DNA of 64,000 bases. Source: Azolla caroliniana (taxonomy: Eukaryota; Plantae; Polypodiophyta). Of the stretch, positions 13,601-26,451 are shown in pieces. The notes under the pieces were generated by a model. It saw only the letters and a list, made by a program, of their open reading frames with translations. It was not told the DNA's origin and ran no database searches. The stretch's first letter is position 1. Every line of letters begins with the position of its first letter. Location: positions 8,618,001 to 8,682,000 of the forward strand of contig JBHGNT010000001.1 of assembly GCA_043228905.1 (NCBI GenBank), read 5' to 3'. Position numbers and translations under genes: made by a program.

Positions 13601-16600
13601 ATTTGTTCTATAAAGGTATGAAGGCTTGGTCCCCAAGTTTCTACCTTGAAAGAATAGTTGGTGTCACAATGTTTCCAACAGCCAAAGTTTTGGTCCTAGT
13701 TCTTGGAACTGTATAGGTAAACATTATCTTTCAAAGGAACTGAGGGCTGCATATCTATGAGAGAGTCAAAAACAGGCATCTCCCTAAGGGTGAAGCAAGG
13801 CCCCATAAATATTCTTCCATTGGGGCGATCCAATATGTAATGTTCGTTGGGTAACTTGACACCATATAGGGACAGGGGGATGATTGATGATGATATTTTA
13901 TCACCCTAGAAGGCCAAAGATACTAAGCTTCAGAGAGATGATCTCCAATGCCATATAGAGACAGGAGGATGATTGACGAGGAGTGCATCTCTGACACCGT
14001 AGTGAGACAGGGATGATTGATGATGATATTTTATCATCCTGAGAAGGCCAAAAAAACTGAGCATCTCACATTACGGGATCTTCAACACTGCATAGAGACA
14101 GGAGAATGATTGACATTTGGTCTCTATACTCTGACACGGTATAGAAACACGGATGATTGATGATGATATTTTATAGCCAAAAACATCTGAAAGGGCTTTT
14201 GCGTCTGTTAAAATACACCTAGGATGCATGCTCACTCTCAATCCCTGGGCCTCAAGAATTTATTGGAGAAGGTTGAGATGCTGATTTTGATGATGAATGA
14301 GTCAATCCTTCCAGGAGTTCAAACATTTGGACCACTGCTGTGCTAGATGTACTTAAGCTAGTTCTTAATCACATTCACACTCCCAATTTTCACTTCTCGA
14401 CTTGCAGACTTCTTTTTTATTGAATTTCTGGTACTTCTACTCTACTCTTGGGTGTACCTAGTCTTTAGGGAGATTCATATATGACATACCAATGATATGT
14501 ATACTGTGTGTATGACATAGTCTGACACTGTTTTTAGCATTTGTATTGACCTGCATAGTAAGTCCTAAAGTGGCAGCTACATTTTATTTCAAAATCTAAT
14601 TTGAAGCAGGATGCAAGAGTCAACAGAGATGTTACAGGGCACACTGTTGTTTGTTTATATATTTCCTTTCTTTTCTGCAGATAGCAACTAAGATAAATGC
14701 CAAGATTTCAGAATGGTCTTTGCGTGATGTTGGCACACTTGAACAAAACTTGGTATTCGGTGATGCTAGCAGCAAGGAACTAATTAATTTACTAACAACA
14801 AATCAGGTGCACAGACTGAATGTGGCTGCTAAAGTTGCTTATATCCACTGCCTTGAAAAGATTCAAACAGATAGTTGATGATGTCTTTATGTGCAGAACA
14901 TAACAAAAGAATGCAAACTACGTCTTCTCATGATATATGCTGCCTCTCATCCTGAAAAGCTAGAGTCAGCTAAAAGACTCCAGTGGATGAAGGTTTTTAT
15001 TTATTTTTGATATTGGTTTTATAGATATTTCTAGTAAATTTTGAAAACTCTGATCTAAGATTTTTGCACATGCACCACTGTACAATATGCACACATATGT
15101 AGACAAGCATTTTCTACCTTATGTCAATGTCATAGTTCAGCATTGTGCTGCTATATCGTGGTTCGTTGTTTCTGTCTGGTCGAACATCACTTGATTTAGA
15201 ACGATAGTGGGCATAGATGAGTCTAAATTCATTTTGTCACAAATTCTGTACTTACTGCAGCTGGCAATGCTATCTGAGGATGATATGCGACCTGTTGTAA
15301 ATATGGAGTATATGGGCGTTTCTGTATCAAAGAAGCAGTCAGCTGGTTTCCATTTGAAAATTGGGGGAAAGAAAGTATGAGTGATCCTTAAAACTTAAAA
15401 TTTCCTCTTTTAAGTTTTATGGTGAATCTAATATCAATTTATGGCATTGAAGAAACGGGGTATCAGAAAGGAAAGGAATCAGGACGATGAACAGTATGAT
15501 CTTGCTCGATTTTGTCCTATGATCCAGGTAGAGCAAGCCCCCAATGATTGTTTGTATGCAGGTGAAGTGTGGCATGTTGTAGTTGTAATGGGCATGTCCT
15601 TTAACAGGAGGTGATTGAGGATTTAGGAAAGGGAGAACTGTCCAAGGATGAATATCCTTATATGAGAGAACCTACAGCTGCAGTTCTGCGTTCTATGTCA
15701 TGTGAGAGTGGTTCTGTGAGGACTAACACAAACTCAAGGCCAGCACAGTCCATGAGAACTGCAAAACCTACATCGACATGGGCAACTAGGATAAAGTCTT
15801 CTGATGATGGAAACACAAGGTATGCATCCATTCATCCATATATATGTATGGATATATAATCTTCTGATGATGAAAAGCAAGATATATCGATATAAATGTA
15901 TAAACACAGTTCTTTGGTTCACACTATAAGAATGTACACATCAGCTTCTCAACAGTTGATTCTTGATTTATGACAGTGAGTCAACTTTGAAACATGCTCA
16001 TAGTGATCCCAGAATAACAGGAAAGCGTATATTTGTTTTTATGATCGGTGGAGCTACACGTTCTGAGGTATTTTGCTGTTCTGCCTATTTGGTGCTTTAT
16101 ATTTCCACTCTTCTGGAAATCTAATTTGCAGTTTTCTAAAAATCTGCATCACCGCTTTCTGACAATATAAACGTGGAGACTGCATTTTTTTACTGTTGCC
16201 TATTGAGCAGTTTACCAGTTAGCATTGCAAAAGATATAGATTGGGTTGTAGGTAATCATTTATAGACCTAACAGGGTTGACATTGGCTAGTTGTCCAGGG
16301 CATTGTCATAAAAGCATGGATTTAGAAATCTAGATTACAATTTGTGGGAAATCCAATAAGGAGAGGGTCTTTATAATTTTGAAATCTATACAAGCGCTTT
16401 CTGAAAATTGATGGTATTGTTATAATTGGTGGATTGTTGTCATAAAAGCATGGATTTAGAAATCTAGATTGCAATTTGTGGGAAATCCAATAAGGAGAGG
16501 GTCTTTATAATTTTGAAATCTATACAAGCACTTTCTGAAAATTGATGGTATTGTTATAATTGGTGGATTGCATATTGGGTGTATTGATATGATGAAGTAC

Positions 16601-16932
16601 ATACGGTTTATCTCTAAATTAAGGAGAGCATATGCTTATGAATTGTGTAGATAGGGTTGTAGGTAATCATTTTCTAAAACATAACAATATTATATACTTG
16701 TCAGTTGCGAGCAGTGCACAAACTTACAGCTAATCTCAAGAGGGAGGTTGTCCTTGGTACCACTAGTCTCGATGAACCTCATGAATATCTTACAGTAAGT
16801 ATTTGACAAAACTCATGCCTAGCTAAATCAAATCCATGACTGATTCTACTAATCATAAAAGTACCTTCATTTGCCTCGCAGAAACTTAAAGTGCTTAGTG
16901 TCCTTGATGAACTTGATCGTCTTGAAATCTGA
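1627..16932 (+). CDS. SEC1: Sec1/Munc18 (SM) family SNARE-interacting protein, KEULE/SEC1-like; 21 coding exons, ~668 aa
   Basis: In-frame GT-AG exon chain: 1627-1702, 2223-2278, 4070-4151, 7624-7702, 8150-8200, 8284-8380, 8468-8500, 8597-8725, 8816-9010, 9102-9185, 9289-9384, 9472-9548, 11197-11293, 14681-14806, 14897-14992, 15261-15374, 15453-15527, 15608-15819, 15977-16067, 16705-16794, 16882-16932 (2007 nt). The translation has typical plant Sec1 motifs: [110 protein letters not shown]. Confidence 0.95.
4590..6960 (-). mobile_element. Degenerate Ty1/copia LTR-retrotransposon internal fragment (gag knuckle, protease, integrase, start of RT) in SEC1 intron 3
   Basis: Minus-strand motifs in copia order: [13 protein letters not shown] zinc knuckle (~6660-6710), [10 protein letters not shown] protease, [12 protein letters not shown] and YGVAER integrase, [10 protein letters not shown], and [14 protein letters not shown] at the RT start. 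Many stops and frameshifts; truncated in RT; no LTRs recognised. Confidence 0.85.
4718..5054. repeat. ~170-bp tandem duplication inside the copia fragment
   Basis: CTCTAAAAGT..CCTCATCAGTCAACATGATATATTGCAATGACAGA..CATCATTTTAGA occurs at ~4718-4883 and again at ~4890-5054 with few substitutions. Confidence 0.9.
6990..7330 (-). mobile_element. Short LINE endonuclease-region fragment related to 13420-13720
   Basis: Shares CTGTTCTGCCAGCTGTTT, AAGTCACTGAT and GAAGG(T/C)TTGGTCCCCAAGTTT with the intron-13 element. Minus-strand SNRLDTY resembles the LINE endonuclease SRLDRF motif. Confidence 0.5.
11395..13860 (-). mobile_element. Highly decayed L1-type LINE ORF2 remnant in SEC1 intron 13
   Basis: Minus strand shows a W-NI-GL-like endonuclease start (~13790-13820) and an LQE-like segment (~13700). 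At its left end is a 3'-tail sequence also found dispersed at 12845-12985, 44875-44920 and 45380-45540. Frames are broken throughout. Confidence 0.55.
13863..14180. repeat. Degenerate tandem repeat with core GACAGG..GATGATTGA(TGATGATATTTTAT), about five sub-units alternating long and short
   Basis: Cores near 13870, 13960, 14005, 14097 and 14145. Confidence 0.8.
16303..16570. repeat. Near-perfect 134-bp tandem duplication in SEC1 intron 19
   Basis: TTGTCATAAAAGCATGGATTTAG...ATAATTGGTGGATTG at 16303-16436 and 16437-16570. Confidence 0.95.
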
Positions 16933-18702
16933 TCTACTTCATCTATGTAATGCACTTCTTTCAAGAAAGACTTCAACTTTTTCGGTTGGACCATCAGCAA
17001 AGGGGCACAAGATTTCATGAGAGTGGAGCTTTATATGCTCATCAGTAAATATTTGTTCCCATACCAGCTCACTATGTGAGTAAAAAAGTATTTCATGGGT
17101 TGTATTATTTTTGAGAATTGTAGTAGCTTCCTCATAGAGACATAAAAAACAACTGATATAATGCTTCTGGAGTGTGGTACATGAATTGGATCATCCATTT
17201 TCGTTGGATTGCTATGTAAAGTATTATTGTTGGCTTAAAATCTGGATAACATTCATTAACAGATAAAGAGATTAATCAAAGGATGCTTTTGTACAACCTG
17301 TACATTATTGTTAACGTCACATCTGAATCGTAGATCTTTTGGGTAAAGAATTGCTAGAGATCTTGCCACAATACCTTGATCCTTTTATCTTGGGAGGTGT
17401 TTGATATCGTAAGGGTAGATCTTTTGGGTAAAGAGTTGCGAGATATCTTCCTTCATCTTTGGAGGTGTGTTATATCTTAAGGGTGGCAAGGTCTTGATGT
17501 CAAGGTCTATTTTATTGAACTACATCACTTGTTTGAGTACCACTTGTATTGTCCCATTTCCTTCCATGCTTCAAATGTTTTATATTTAATTCTTTGAGGT
17601 GTCATGATCTGGATCCGGGTTATGCGATACACTATCTAGAATAGTGCTTCTACCATAATTTGAGGTGTGGCCAAATTGAGCACCCCTTTCCCCCATATGT
17701 ATGTTGATCAGATCGCATTCAATGACCATGTCCATGTCAATTACTACACAAATTGACCTAATTGGATGCTTCATTGGAGCTCAGTACAGATGAAGACTAA
17801 ATAGTACCCTTCAAAGTATGTCAAGGAAGTGGAAGGACAAGATGTTATAAAAGTTAGCTTTTGAAGCAATGTTCCATTGCAATCAAGAAATCGGGAAAAG
17901 AAAACTAAGATGACCTACCGAAAACAGAAAATAAGCGGAAGAGCAAAATAGGCATAGTGAGGGCATCATAGTCACGAGCATGAAGCATGAAGCTCAACCT
18001 CTTGAGGTGAGGGTACATCTTAAAGGTAGCATCTTCCAATGACAATTGTGGATGCAGCAAGATGGACTATTGAAATATGAATAATGAAACCAACTTCCAA
18101 AAATATAAAGATGTGGAGCACAATTATCTTGATACATTGGCTAAAAAAGGGTATAACACACTCATGCTCTTGTGCACCATTCTCATTGGTATTGTACATA
18201 GGAAGTTGAAGGAACTTGAAGCAATGGAGTAGGATCAGCAATTGGGTAGGAAATCACCCGGTATATTCATTAAGTTTGGCAAATCTTACATTATAAGGTT
18301 TTAATGAACAATCCTCTGATGGAAAACGTGGAAACCTCTCTATTCGTCCAATTGATGAAGAAAAATCAAAAGATTCATGGTTGATGAGGAAATACTTCTT
18401 CAACTCGATCAACTAGGTCTTCTATATTCAATTCATTAAGGACACTACTCCAAGCAGATTATGAGGATGGATGGAAACATCTCCCCCCGAAACATCCTTA
18501 TGCTCAAGAAGGGGTAGCACACTATAGAAATAGTTGGAATATTAAAGTGTGGGGTCATTAGTCTTTTTCATAGCACCAAAAATACTTCATTGTTAAACTC
18601 TCACTAAATTACTTGTTGACTCGTTTGGATACCATCATTGTGGAAATCACCTGCCTATATAGAATTTGACAATTGAAGCACAACTACAAATTGTTTTAAT
18701 GT

Positions 18703-20217
18703 GCTTTATCTCCTTGAAAACCTTGATGAACTTCCAATTGGCGAAGTCGCAATGATATATTATGGTTTACTAATGATGTAAAGAAGATTGATCTTTTTTG
18801 TTATGTTGGTCTTCATATCTCCACTACATGATACACTCTTATTTTGTTTCAATTTAAAAAAAACAAGACGTTAAGTGCAAATCACAAATGTCATGAATTG
18901 GGAGATGTTATGTTTCAATTGATAGACACTAGAGTGGCATAACAATTCTATCCTAACATATGTATACCATGTACTAATGGTTGAATATGTTTATTTGCAA
19001 ACAATAGATAACGCACATAGGATTAAGATTATTATTATCAAATTTGGTTAAGTCGGGTTAGTGAATCTACATTCTAACAAAGATTCATCAAATAGCAAAT
19101 TATGCACATGGTAAGTAGTACATATTAGACAAATTATCACACTATTTTATGGGAGGATCCTCATCAATTCACAACAATCCTTTTCATAATGTAAGAATTG
19201 TGAATCATTGTTCATTAAGAATCTCATGAACATATGTATGTGTGTGTGTGTGTGTGTGCACGTATTTATATATTATTATAGATTTGTGCGTGGCCATGGT
19301 AATTATAGATATTTTTAATGGATCAGACTCTTTAGTATAGGAGTATTGTTTAGAATGTACATTTTTTATCGTCAAAGTTGGTAATGAGGGCACGTGTGAC
19401 AAGTTATCTTTCTCAATTACTTTCATTCCTCGCGCACATACATGTAGGCATTGGATTTGCCCTTCTCAATTACACTTTTAAGGGACGAAAGTGATTGAGA
19501 AGGATACTTGTTATATGCGCTCTTAATAACAACTTTGACGATGATAAAACATGCATTTTAAAACATATTCCTATACTAAACAGTGTGATCCATTCAAAAA
19601 ATCTATAGTTACCATGGTAGTGCACAATCTATGATAATCTACATATAGATGTTCATGATATTCTTAATGAACAATGTTTCACAATTCTTAGTACTTACGT
19701 TACAAAGAGAAGGATTGTTCCAAACAAATATTCCCATAAAATAATGTGATAATTGGTCAATTATGCACCACTTACCATGTGCATCACTTACTATTAGTTC
19801 AAATCTTTGTTAGGAAGTAGATTTAGTAAACCAACTCAACCAAACTCAACAATAATAATCTTAATCCTAGGTGTATTATCTACTATGTGCAAATAAACAT
19901 GTTCAACCATGTGAACATGGTGGACACATGTTAGGATAGAGCTCGTCGCAAGTCTTATTGTTATGCCACTCTAGTGTCTATCAATTGAACAATGACATCT
20001 CCTAATTCAAGAAGCATAATAATGAGTGCACGTCATTTGTGATTTGCACATAACATCTTGTTTTTTTAACTTAACCAAAGTTAATAAGAGTAATAGGTAA
20101 TGGAGATATGAAGACCAACATAACAAAATGATTAAAATTCGTTACATCATTAGCACACCATAACATATAAACATTGCCATATTGGAAGTTTGTTGAGACT
20201 TTCATGGAGGTAAAGCA
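18703..20217. repeat. ~1.5-kb imperfect inverted repeat (fold-back); arms ~18703-19430 and ~19481-20217
   Basis: Colinear reverse-complement matches along the arms. TTGTTATGTTGGTCTTCATATCTCCA pairs with TGGAGATATGAAGACCAACATAACAA; TTCAATTGATAGACACTAGAGTGGCATAACAAT with ATTGTTATGCCACTCTAGTGTCTATCAATTGAA; TAGGATTAAGATTATTATT with AATAATAATCTTAATCCTA; TTTAGTATAGGA with TCCTATACTAAA; ATCGTCAAAGTTG with CAACTTTGACGAT. Confidence 0.92.
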
Positions 20218-20947
20218 AATGGTATGCCTTTGAGGGTGAATGATATGTAAATCATACTCAAGACCAACAAGCAAACTCCCATTTAGTCTTTGAACCATCA
20301 AATATGTTCTCCAATATTGTTTACTGTTATGATGCATTACTTGATTAAATACGAAGGTACAATTTAACATGAAATGTTTGTACACATGCATGTTTAGCAT
20401 TGTTTATGGATGTGTACAATATAGCTCATATTAATAATATGTTACGACATTATGCTAGTTAGTCAATTTGTATGCAAACATGAATTGCCATATCATTAAA
20501 GTAATGTGTCATGTATATTCAAATGCTATATGTCATATATCCAATTATATGAGATAATGATTTTCTATGGACAAAATATACAAAACCATGATTACCTTAT
20601 GCACCATACGCATTAAGCGTAAAAGCTAACTAATTTCTGTATGAGCAAATGCTTTTGTAATTTACAAGCATACTCATGCAATATGAAAGCAGAATATGCA
20701 CAGTAAAAGGCACTTTTAAATGCAAAATTAAAATGTAAATATGGGTTGGTGAACCAACAAGTGTATAGGTGAAGTTCCATTAAAATGATACAAAAAGTAT
20801 GCACATGCACACATTGTTTTTCTTAATGAATGTAATTGTTGATGTGTTGGAATTGTATGGGGTAGGACGTGTGTTGTGAGCACGCACACACGTGCAATGA
20901 CCATAGCACAACACACAACATGTTACATATTCGTTTATTTATTTATA

Positions 20948-21000
<53 letters not shown>

Positions 21001-21009
21001 TTTTTATTA

Positions 21010-21190
21010 TAATTAGCTTACCCTAGTGGTAAGATGTTACACTACTAGCACTACATCTTGGGGGTTCAAAACCTAACTTAAATTTCACCTTTCTATTATT
21101 CCATACATGTCTCTTGATTTACTAGATGTCATTGTGGAATGTAGGAGTTGAACTCATAACTTTCGGGTCTCCATTGGGCAACCTTTGAGT
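21010..21190 (-). mobile_element. Bipartite tRNA-like SINE/MITE-like element, diverged copy between (CT)n tracts
   Basis: TAATTAGCTTACCCTAGTGGTAAG..GGTTCAAAACC..CTAGATGTCATTGTGGAATGTAGGAGTTGAAC..GGTCTCCATTGGGCAACC matches the copies at 39521 and 50141. (CT)n lies at 20951-20998 and 21255-21291. Confidence 0.85.
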
Positions 21191-21250
21191 TGAAAACATC
21201 CTTATTTTTTTTGTAAATTCTTTCATAGCTAGAATAACTTAAAGTAGTTT

Positions 21251-21293
<43 letters not shown>

Positions 21294-21634
21294 CAACTTA
21301 ACTTTGTTTCTTTATTTTTTTTCCACCTTTGTTCTAACGGTTCCAATAGAGGTGGGGTAGGTGGGAAGGTGGTGGCAATGACGGGGGATGAAGTATTGGG
21401 ATTGTGCACTATAACATATTATTGAATGTGTATGAACTCATGAAACATTGAAAATGTACATCACTTTCCTAAACGTATCGTAAATTTAGACATACAACAT
21501 TCAATGCCTTTCATGCCCTTGTAGAATTTGGATGAAGGGTCGATTATCAATATTAAACATTTTCTCCAATTGTAGATTTTGGGGATCACAACTTTCCAAG
21601 TTCTTCTAATGTCTAGATCTCATAAATAAAACAC

Positions 21635-21866
21635 CCACTCTACAACAAAAGTTGAACTTATACGATAATGGTAAGATTCCATCTCTACATAGAAAAGCCC
21701 TAGAAATTTCAATTTAAGTGAACCGTTTCACATTTAATTCCAAACATTGAATCACTTGCCCTCCACTCTACAACAAAAGTTGAACTTATACGATAATGGT
21801 AAGGTTCCATAACTCTGCATAGAAAAGCCCTAGAAATGTCAATTCAAGTGAACCATTTCACATTTT
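21635..21866. repeat. ~100-130-bp tandem duplication
   Basis: CCACTCTACAACAAAAGTTGAACTTATACGATAATGGTAAG...TTTCACATTT at ~21635 and ~21763. Confidence 0.9.
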
Positions 21867-23157
21867 AAAGGCTTGTCCTATTGTACAATCATTTCATAGT
21901 ACTCGACAACATATTGTGCTTTCAACCACCTCAACAAAGAACATTCGAAAAATTGAACATTTTCAAGGGTTCCCTTATCTTGTTTGTAGATGCTATTTTC
22001 TCCTAAGATGTGGGCCTTACTCGTGACACCTATGTATAGTGAGGTGTCAAGTTGCATTTGTAATCATATCTCCCAAACTATATTCTTTCAAGGTTTTTGC
22101 TCAAATGTGTCATTGAGATATTAAAATGTTCCTCTCTCTCTAGATAGTAAATTGTGCCATTTTGGATGGGACATTTGTAACCGATATCCTCAAATATTGT
22201 AAATTATATCTTTGCCACATGTGTTTGTAACAAGCAAGAGAGGGAACCACATAGCATTGCAATTTTGCAACACAAGGTTTGTCTTATTAATATAATTATG
22301 GATTTTAATTTGAGTTAAATTATGTGATAAATATTGTAATAAGACTATACAAGGTTATGATGGCAACTCCTCATAAAATTTTGAGCATTTCTTGTTTTAA
22401 ATATAATTTTGTTTTTTGGAATCTTCAAGAAATATGACGTCTTTTGTGCTATTCCAATGAGTATGATAGGCACAATGTTCATCAATAAAACTCTCCACAT
22501 TCATTGCTTAGTGCATATAAATACATTTGATTGATCACTGAACAAACATTTTCCTTCAACAATATGGTGTATCCATGTTTATTGATGTATTTGATAGATA
22601 TTTGTCAATCATGTTGATAGTGTCATGATCATTGGATCCTAATTTATGAGCGATATAAGTATTATGAAATCTATTATTTATGGACAAATGGAAGTAAATT
22701 GTGAGACTATTTTAATTCTTGAGGCCCACGGCTCTTCATAGTAGACAAAGCATGTACATAGTTGTTTTTCGATAGAATTCAAACTTCAATCCGTAAAAAA
22801 TCTACACAAAGTTCATCTTAGATTTGAATCCTGAGGGGCTTGTTATTTACTTTTCAACCTTGCTGTGATGTTCATCCTCAAGGATGTAGAACCACATTAT
22901 GTATAAATCATTATACAATTGTCATGACATTCAACCTGCACAAGCACCACGTTATTGACTAGCCACTACACACACAAAGCATGTTCATATGTACATGTAT
23001 AAATAAGCATTTATGTATGGTATATCCACATTCATGCATGAAATATATGCATACAAATATTTGATGCTATGGATGTGTATGTGCATGCATAAGCAATACA
23101 CGTACACAAACATATATATCTATGCACAAGTGTGCAAAGATGCATAGTTACATACAT

Positions 23158-23191
<34 letters not shown>

Positions 23192-23399
23192 ACATATGCC
23201 TATTTGGTTTTAGTTATTCAAATTAGGTTCATAACATTTGTTGGAACACCTTGTATTGCTTGTTCGTAAAGTAGTGTTATAGAGATTATATAAAGTCTTA
23301 ATCATAACATCTTTATTTAAGGGGAAGATGCAAAGAAAAGGATTTGATGTTGATACTACCAAGTTCGAGTGCCTAGGATGTGCAAGAAGTTGTTAGATA

Positions 23400-24800
23400 C
23401 ATTAAAATTGTAAATGCCATGAATATAAATGTCAATCCCCAAAAAAGTATATGCCTTTCAATATGTTTGGAGGGCTTCCTAAATGTCTTGGCTAATTTTT
23501 TAATTTGTTGTGGTATTAAGGTACTCCTGAGACTTTCATGCGTACAACATGCCAACAATGTGTGTCCTCTCTCACATTCATTCACAAAGAAATAAGAGAA
23601 ATTTAAAAAAAAGTAAGAATAGAAGGTAATGTTTGATTATGAAATAGTTGATTACAAGCAAACTCTTTTGAATGATGAGTTCCACCCTTAATATCAATCT
23701 CACTCTCAATCACAAAATTGGGTTTCTAGCCCGTAAGCTTTTTCATCATCTTTCTCTGTGTCTCTTCCTCTTTTGAAGGAGAAGTTATGCCATTTTTTTT
23801 GTTCCTCTACTTTTGCTTTTGTTTTCAATCTTAAAAAAAGAGTACTTAACTTTATCTTCTCGTTGTGGGGTTTAGAACAATATGAAATATGAAACTATGT
23901 TGTTTGGGTAATATATTTGTGCCACAATTAACATCACAAATCCTTATTCTTAAACAAAAAGAAAAGGAACCTTGTAATCTAGTCAAAGTCATCTACGTTG
24001 TTTTGCCCCTGACAACTTCCCCTTTGAAAAAATTGGATTATAGTTTTGCTTTCCATGACCCAAGAGTCAACAAATTATACGATGGGCTTATAAAAACAAT
24101 TCAACAACTTTGGTGTTACTTTGGAAGATCCTTACATAGAACAAGTAAGTGCCACTCCTTTTACTCTTGAAACAATCGCTTTAGACATTCACTTTACAAG
24201 GTTTAAAACAATAACATTGCCTCGTAAAAGACAATTTTAAATATAGTTCTGCTGGACAAGTTGGGGTTTGTTAGTGGATTACTATAGGAGATCAATACAC
24301 TAACAAATAGCAACATTTTTCTCATACAAATGGCTTTAAAAATTTCTCTTTCCACAACTGGAGCGATGGAAATGATAGTATTGGCACATAAAATGCTAAT
24401 AGAAATTATACAAGTAGACCAGATTGGCATGATAATTAGAATGATTATAACAAATATTTTTCTCCTAAAAAGTTGGCTTTACAAATTCTCTTTCCAGAAG
24501 AGGTCGAATGCAATGGCATTGGATCCTTGGGGTAAAATTTTATCAAATTGATAAGTTGTGCTTTATTTTGCATGAATGTTACACGCTCTTTAACAATATG
24601 TTCTTGAGATGTCTTTGCTAGAAAATATGATTAGTGAGGGATGGCCTCACATGTGGAACCGGTGGAGTCGAAAAACAACCATTAGCCTTCATCCAACAAT
24701 GGTCGTCCTCTCCCTCTCCCTTTCTTGAGTCAGTGGGCCTCCACATAAGATGGAACTATTGCGTCCCTACTTGGATTTGTATATGTAAACATTCTCATGT
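23400..24800 (+). mobile_element. Possible decayed hAT-type transposase remnant
   Basis: Weak motifs only: AMALDPWGK resembles hAT LA..LDPRFK, and IKTIQQLWCYFGRS. Frames are broken and no TIRs were recognised. Confidence 0.3.
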
Positions 24801-26209
24801 GTAAAATTTTATAACTAACGCAAGGAGTTTTGTTTTTGAAAAAAAACCTTAGCTTTTCTATAGTTAAAATTTTTGATTTAAAAGAAAAGTAAAAGGTAAA
24901 ATGAACAAAGGTATGGAAAATAGGGTTTTGCTAGAAAAGGAGGAAATCTAGTCTTGTTATTTATTATATTGACAACAATCAAAATCCACGAGGATAACAA
25001 GAGAACAAAAAGGCATTTTGGGAGGTTACTTTGGCAGTAAACATTATATAAACTATGACAACTACTTTCAGACAAATCTATTAGTATCAATATCTGAACC
25101 CCTCCTTTACTAGGAAAGTCTACCTTGGACAGAACTTTGTGACCCTCCCCTCCCCTTCCCATCTCGAAGAACCAAACCACAACTTATCATTCAAGTTGAT
25201 TAGGGGGCCCCATATTAATGTGTGATAAACGTTTATAGGTAAGTCACCAAGAAACTGCCACACTTTTTACAAATACTTCATTTACCTCTTTTGAATCACC
25301 TCATTAATAGGAAAACGTGCCTTTTCATTAGTTAAGCTTCTTCATATACATCTCCATTTGTCCCTTCCCAACCTTGACCAAGAAAACACGAAATTCGAGC
25401 AAACAAGTTAAATGGAACCTTATTTTGTCATTTCCTATCTCCTACTCAAAACAATTTTAGAATTATCAATTTGAGAAGTCCAGGGGGTTACTAAGATGTT
25501 GGACACAATGCAAGCCACTTTTCAACAAAAATCGCAATAGTGCTTGTGACACTCCCCACAACCCTACAATTGAACAATGTAATAGCTATTCTTACTTTCT
25601 AGTAGTCTCCTTAAACCCACTTGAAAAGCAAAGCAAACTAGCCATTGTAATGCATTACCTCTTCCTTGGAGGTGTAGCAATAAATTAATACTCAGAAAAC
25701 TTTTTTTTTTTTTTTTTTTGGGGGGGGGGGGGGGGGGGGCAGTGTGTGCGTGTGCGTGGAAGAGAGAGTGAGAGACGAGGGAACGAGAAAAGAGCATCCT
25801 AATGTTGTAGACAATATTTTTGCCCTTGAAAGGTAGTACAACCTTGCAAGCATTCTTGTGAATCATCCATGGTGTCTTCATTTGTGACACGTTCTAGAGG
25901 GGCATGCTTTTTTCGCAACTCACATATTCACCTTTTTTGCACAAATTTCTATTTTCAGTGTGCATGAGCGTGAGTGTTGGTTTGTCTCGCCAATTTCTAC
26001 ATGGATGTTTGAATGTTCGAATGGGCCTCTATCAACCACCTTGGAAATTTTGAATATTAATTTGGTCACAATAATAGATCAAATTGGATCAATGTTAGGT
26101 TGTTGTCCATTAGGGGGGCTTCCAATATGGTTGAGTACAACATGAATTCTTGTTTTGTCGTCCTTGCCTTTCCCTAATGTGCTCATTTAGATATTCAACA
26201 CAATGAGAG

Positions 26210-26437
26210 AGCTCTGTTGGTAAGGTTGCCCGATGGAGACCAGGTGGTCATGGGTTCAACCCGTACATTCCACAGTGGCATCTAGTGAATTAAGAGATAT
26301 ATAAGAAGTATATATTAGAGAGGCGAGGAAGTTGGGTTTCGAACCCAAAACGCAATGCTTGTAGTGCTAACAACTTACCACCAGGGTAAGGTAGGTAATT
26401 ACAATAATAATAAAAGAGAGAGAGAGAGAGAGAGAGA
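26210..26437 (+). mobile_element. Bipartite tRNA-like SINE/MITE-like element, full copy with (GA)n tail
   Basis: AGCTCTGTTGGTAAGG..GGGTTCAACCCG..GTGGCATCTAGTGAA..GGGTTTCGAACCC..CTTACCACCAGGGTAAG followed by (GA)n; GAGAGA lies immediately upstream. Confidence 0.9.
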
Positions 26438-26451
26438 TGTCCCAACAATTA

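Noticed and set aside
13863-14180. Intronic C/D snoRNA cluster (TGATGA and CTGA words)
   Set aside because: The boxes arise from a GAT-rich tandem repeat; I saw no terminal stems or recognisable rRNA-complementary guides.
25700-25740. Poly-T/poly-G run (similar G/C runs at ~1246, ~40718, ~59694) as G-quadruplex regulatory elements
   Set aside because: Plain homopolymers next to microsatellites; their lengths are unreliable in assemblies and nothing else supports function.
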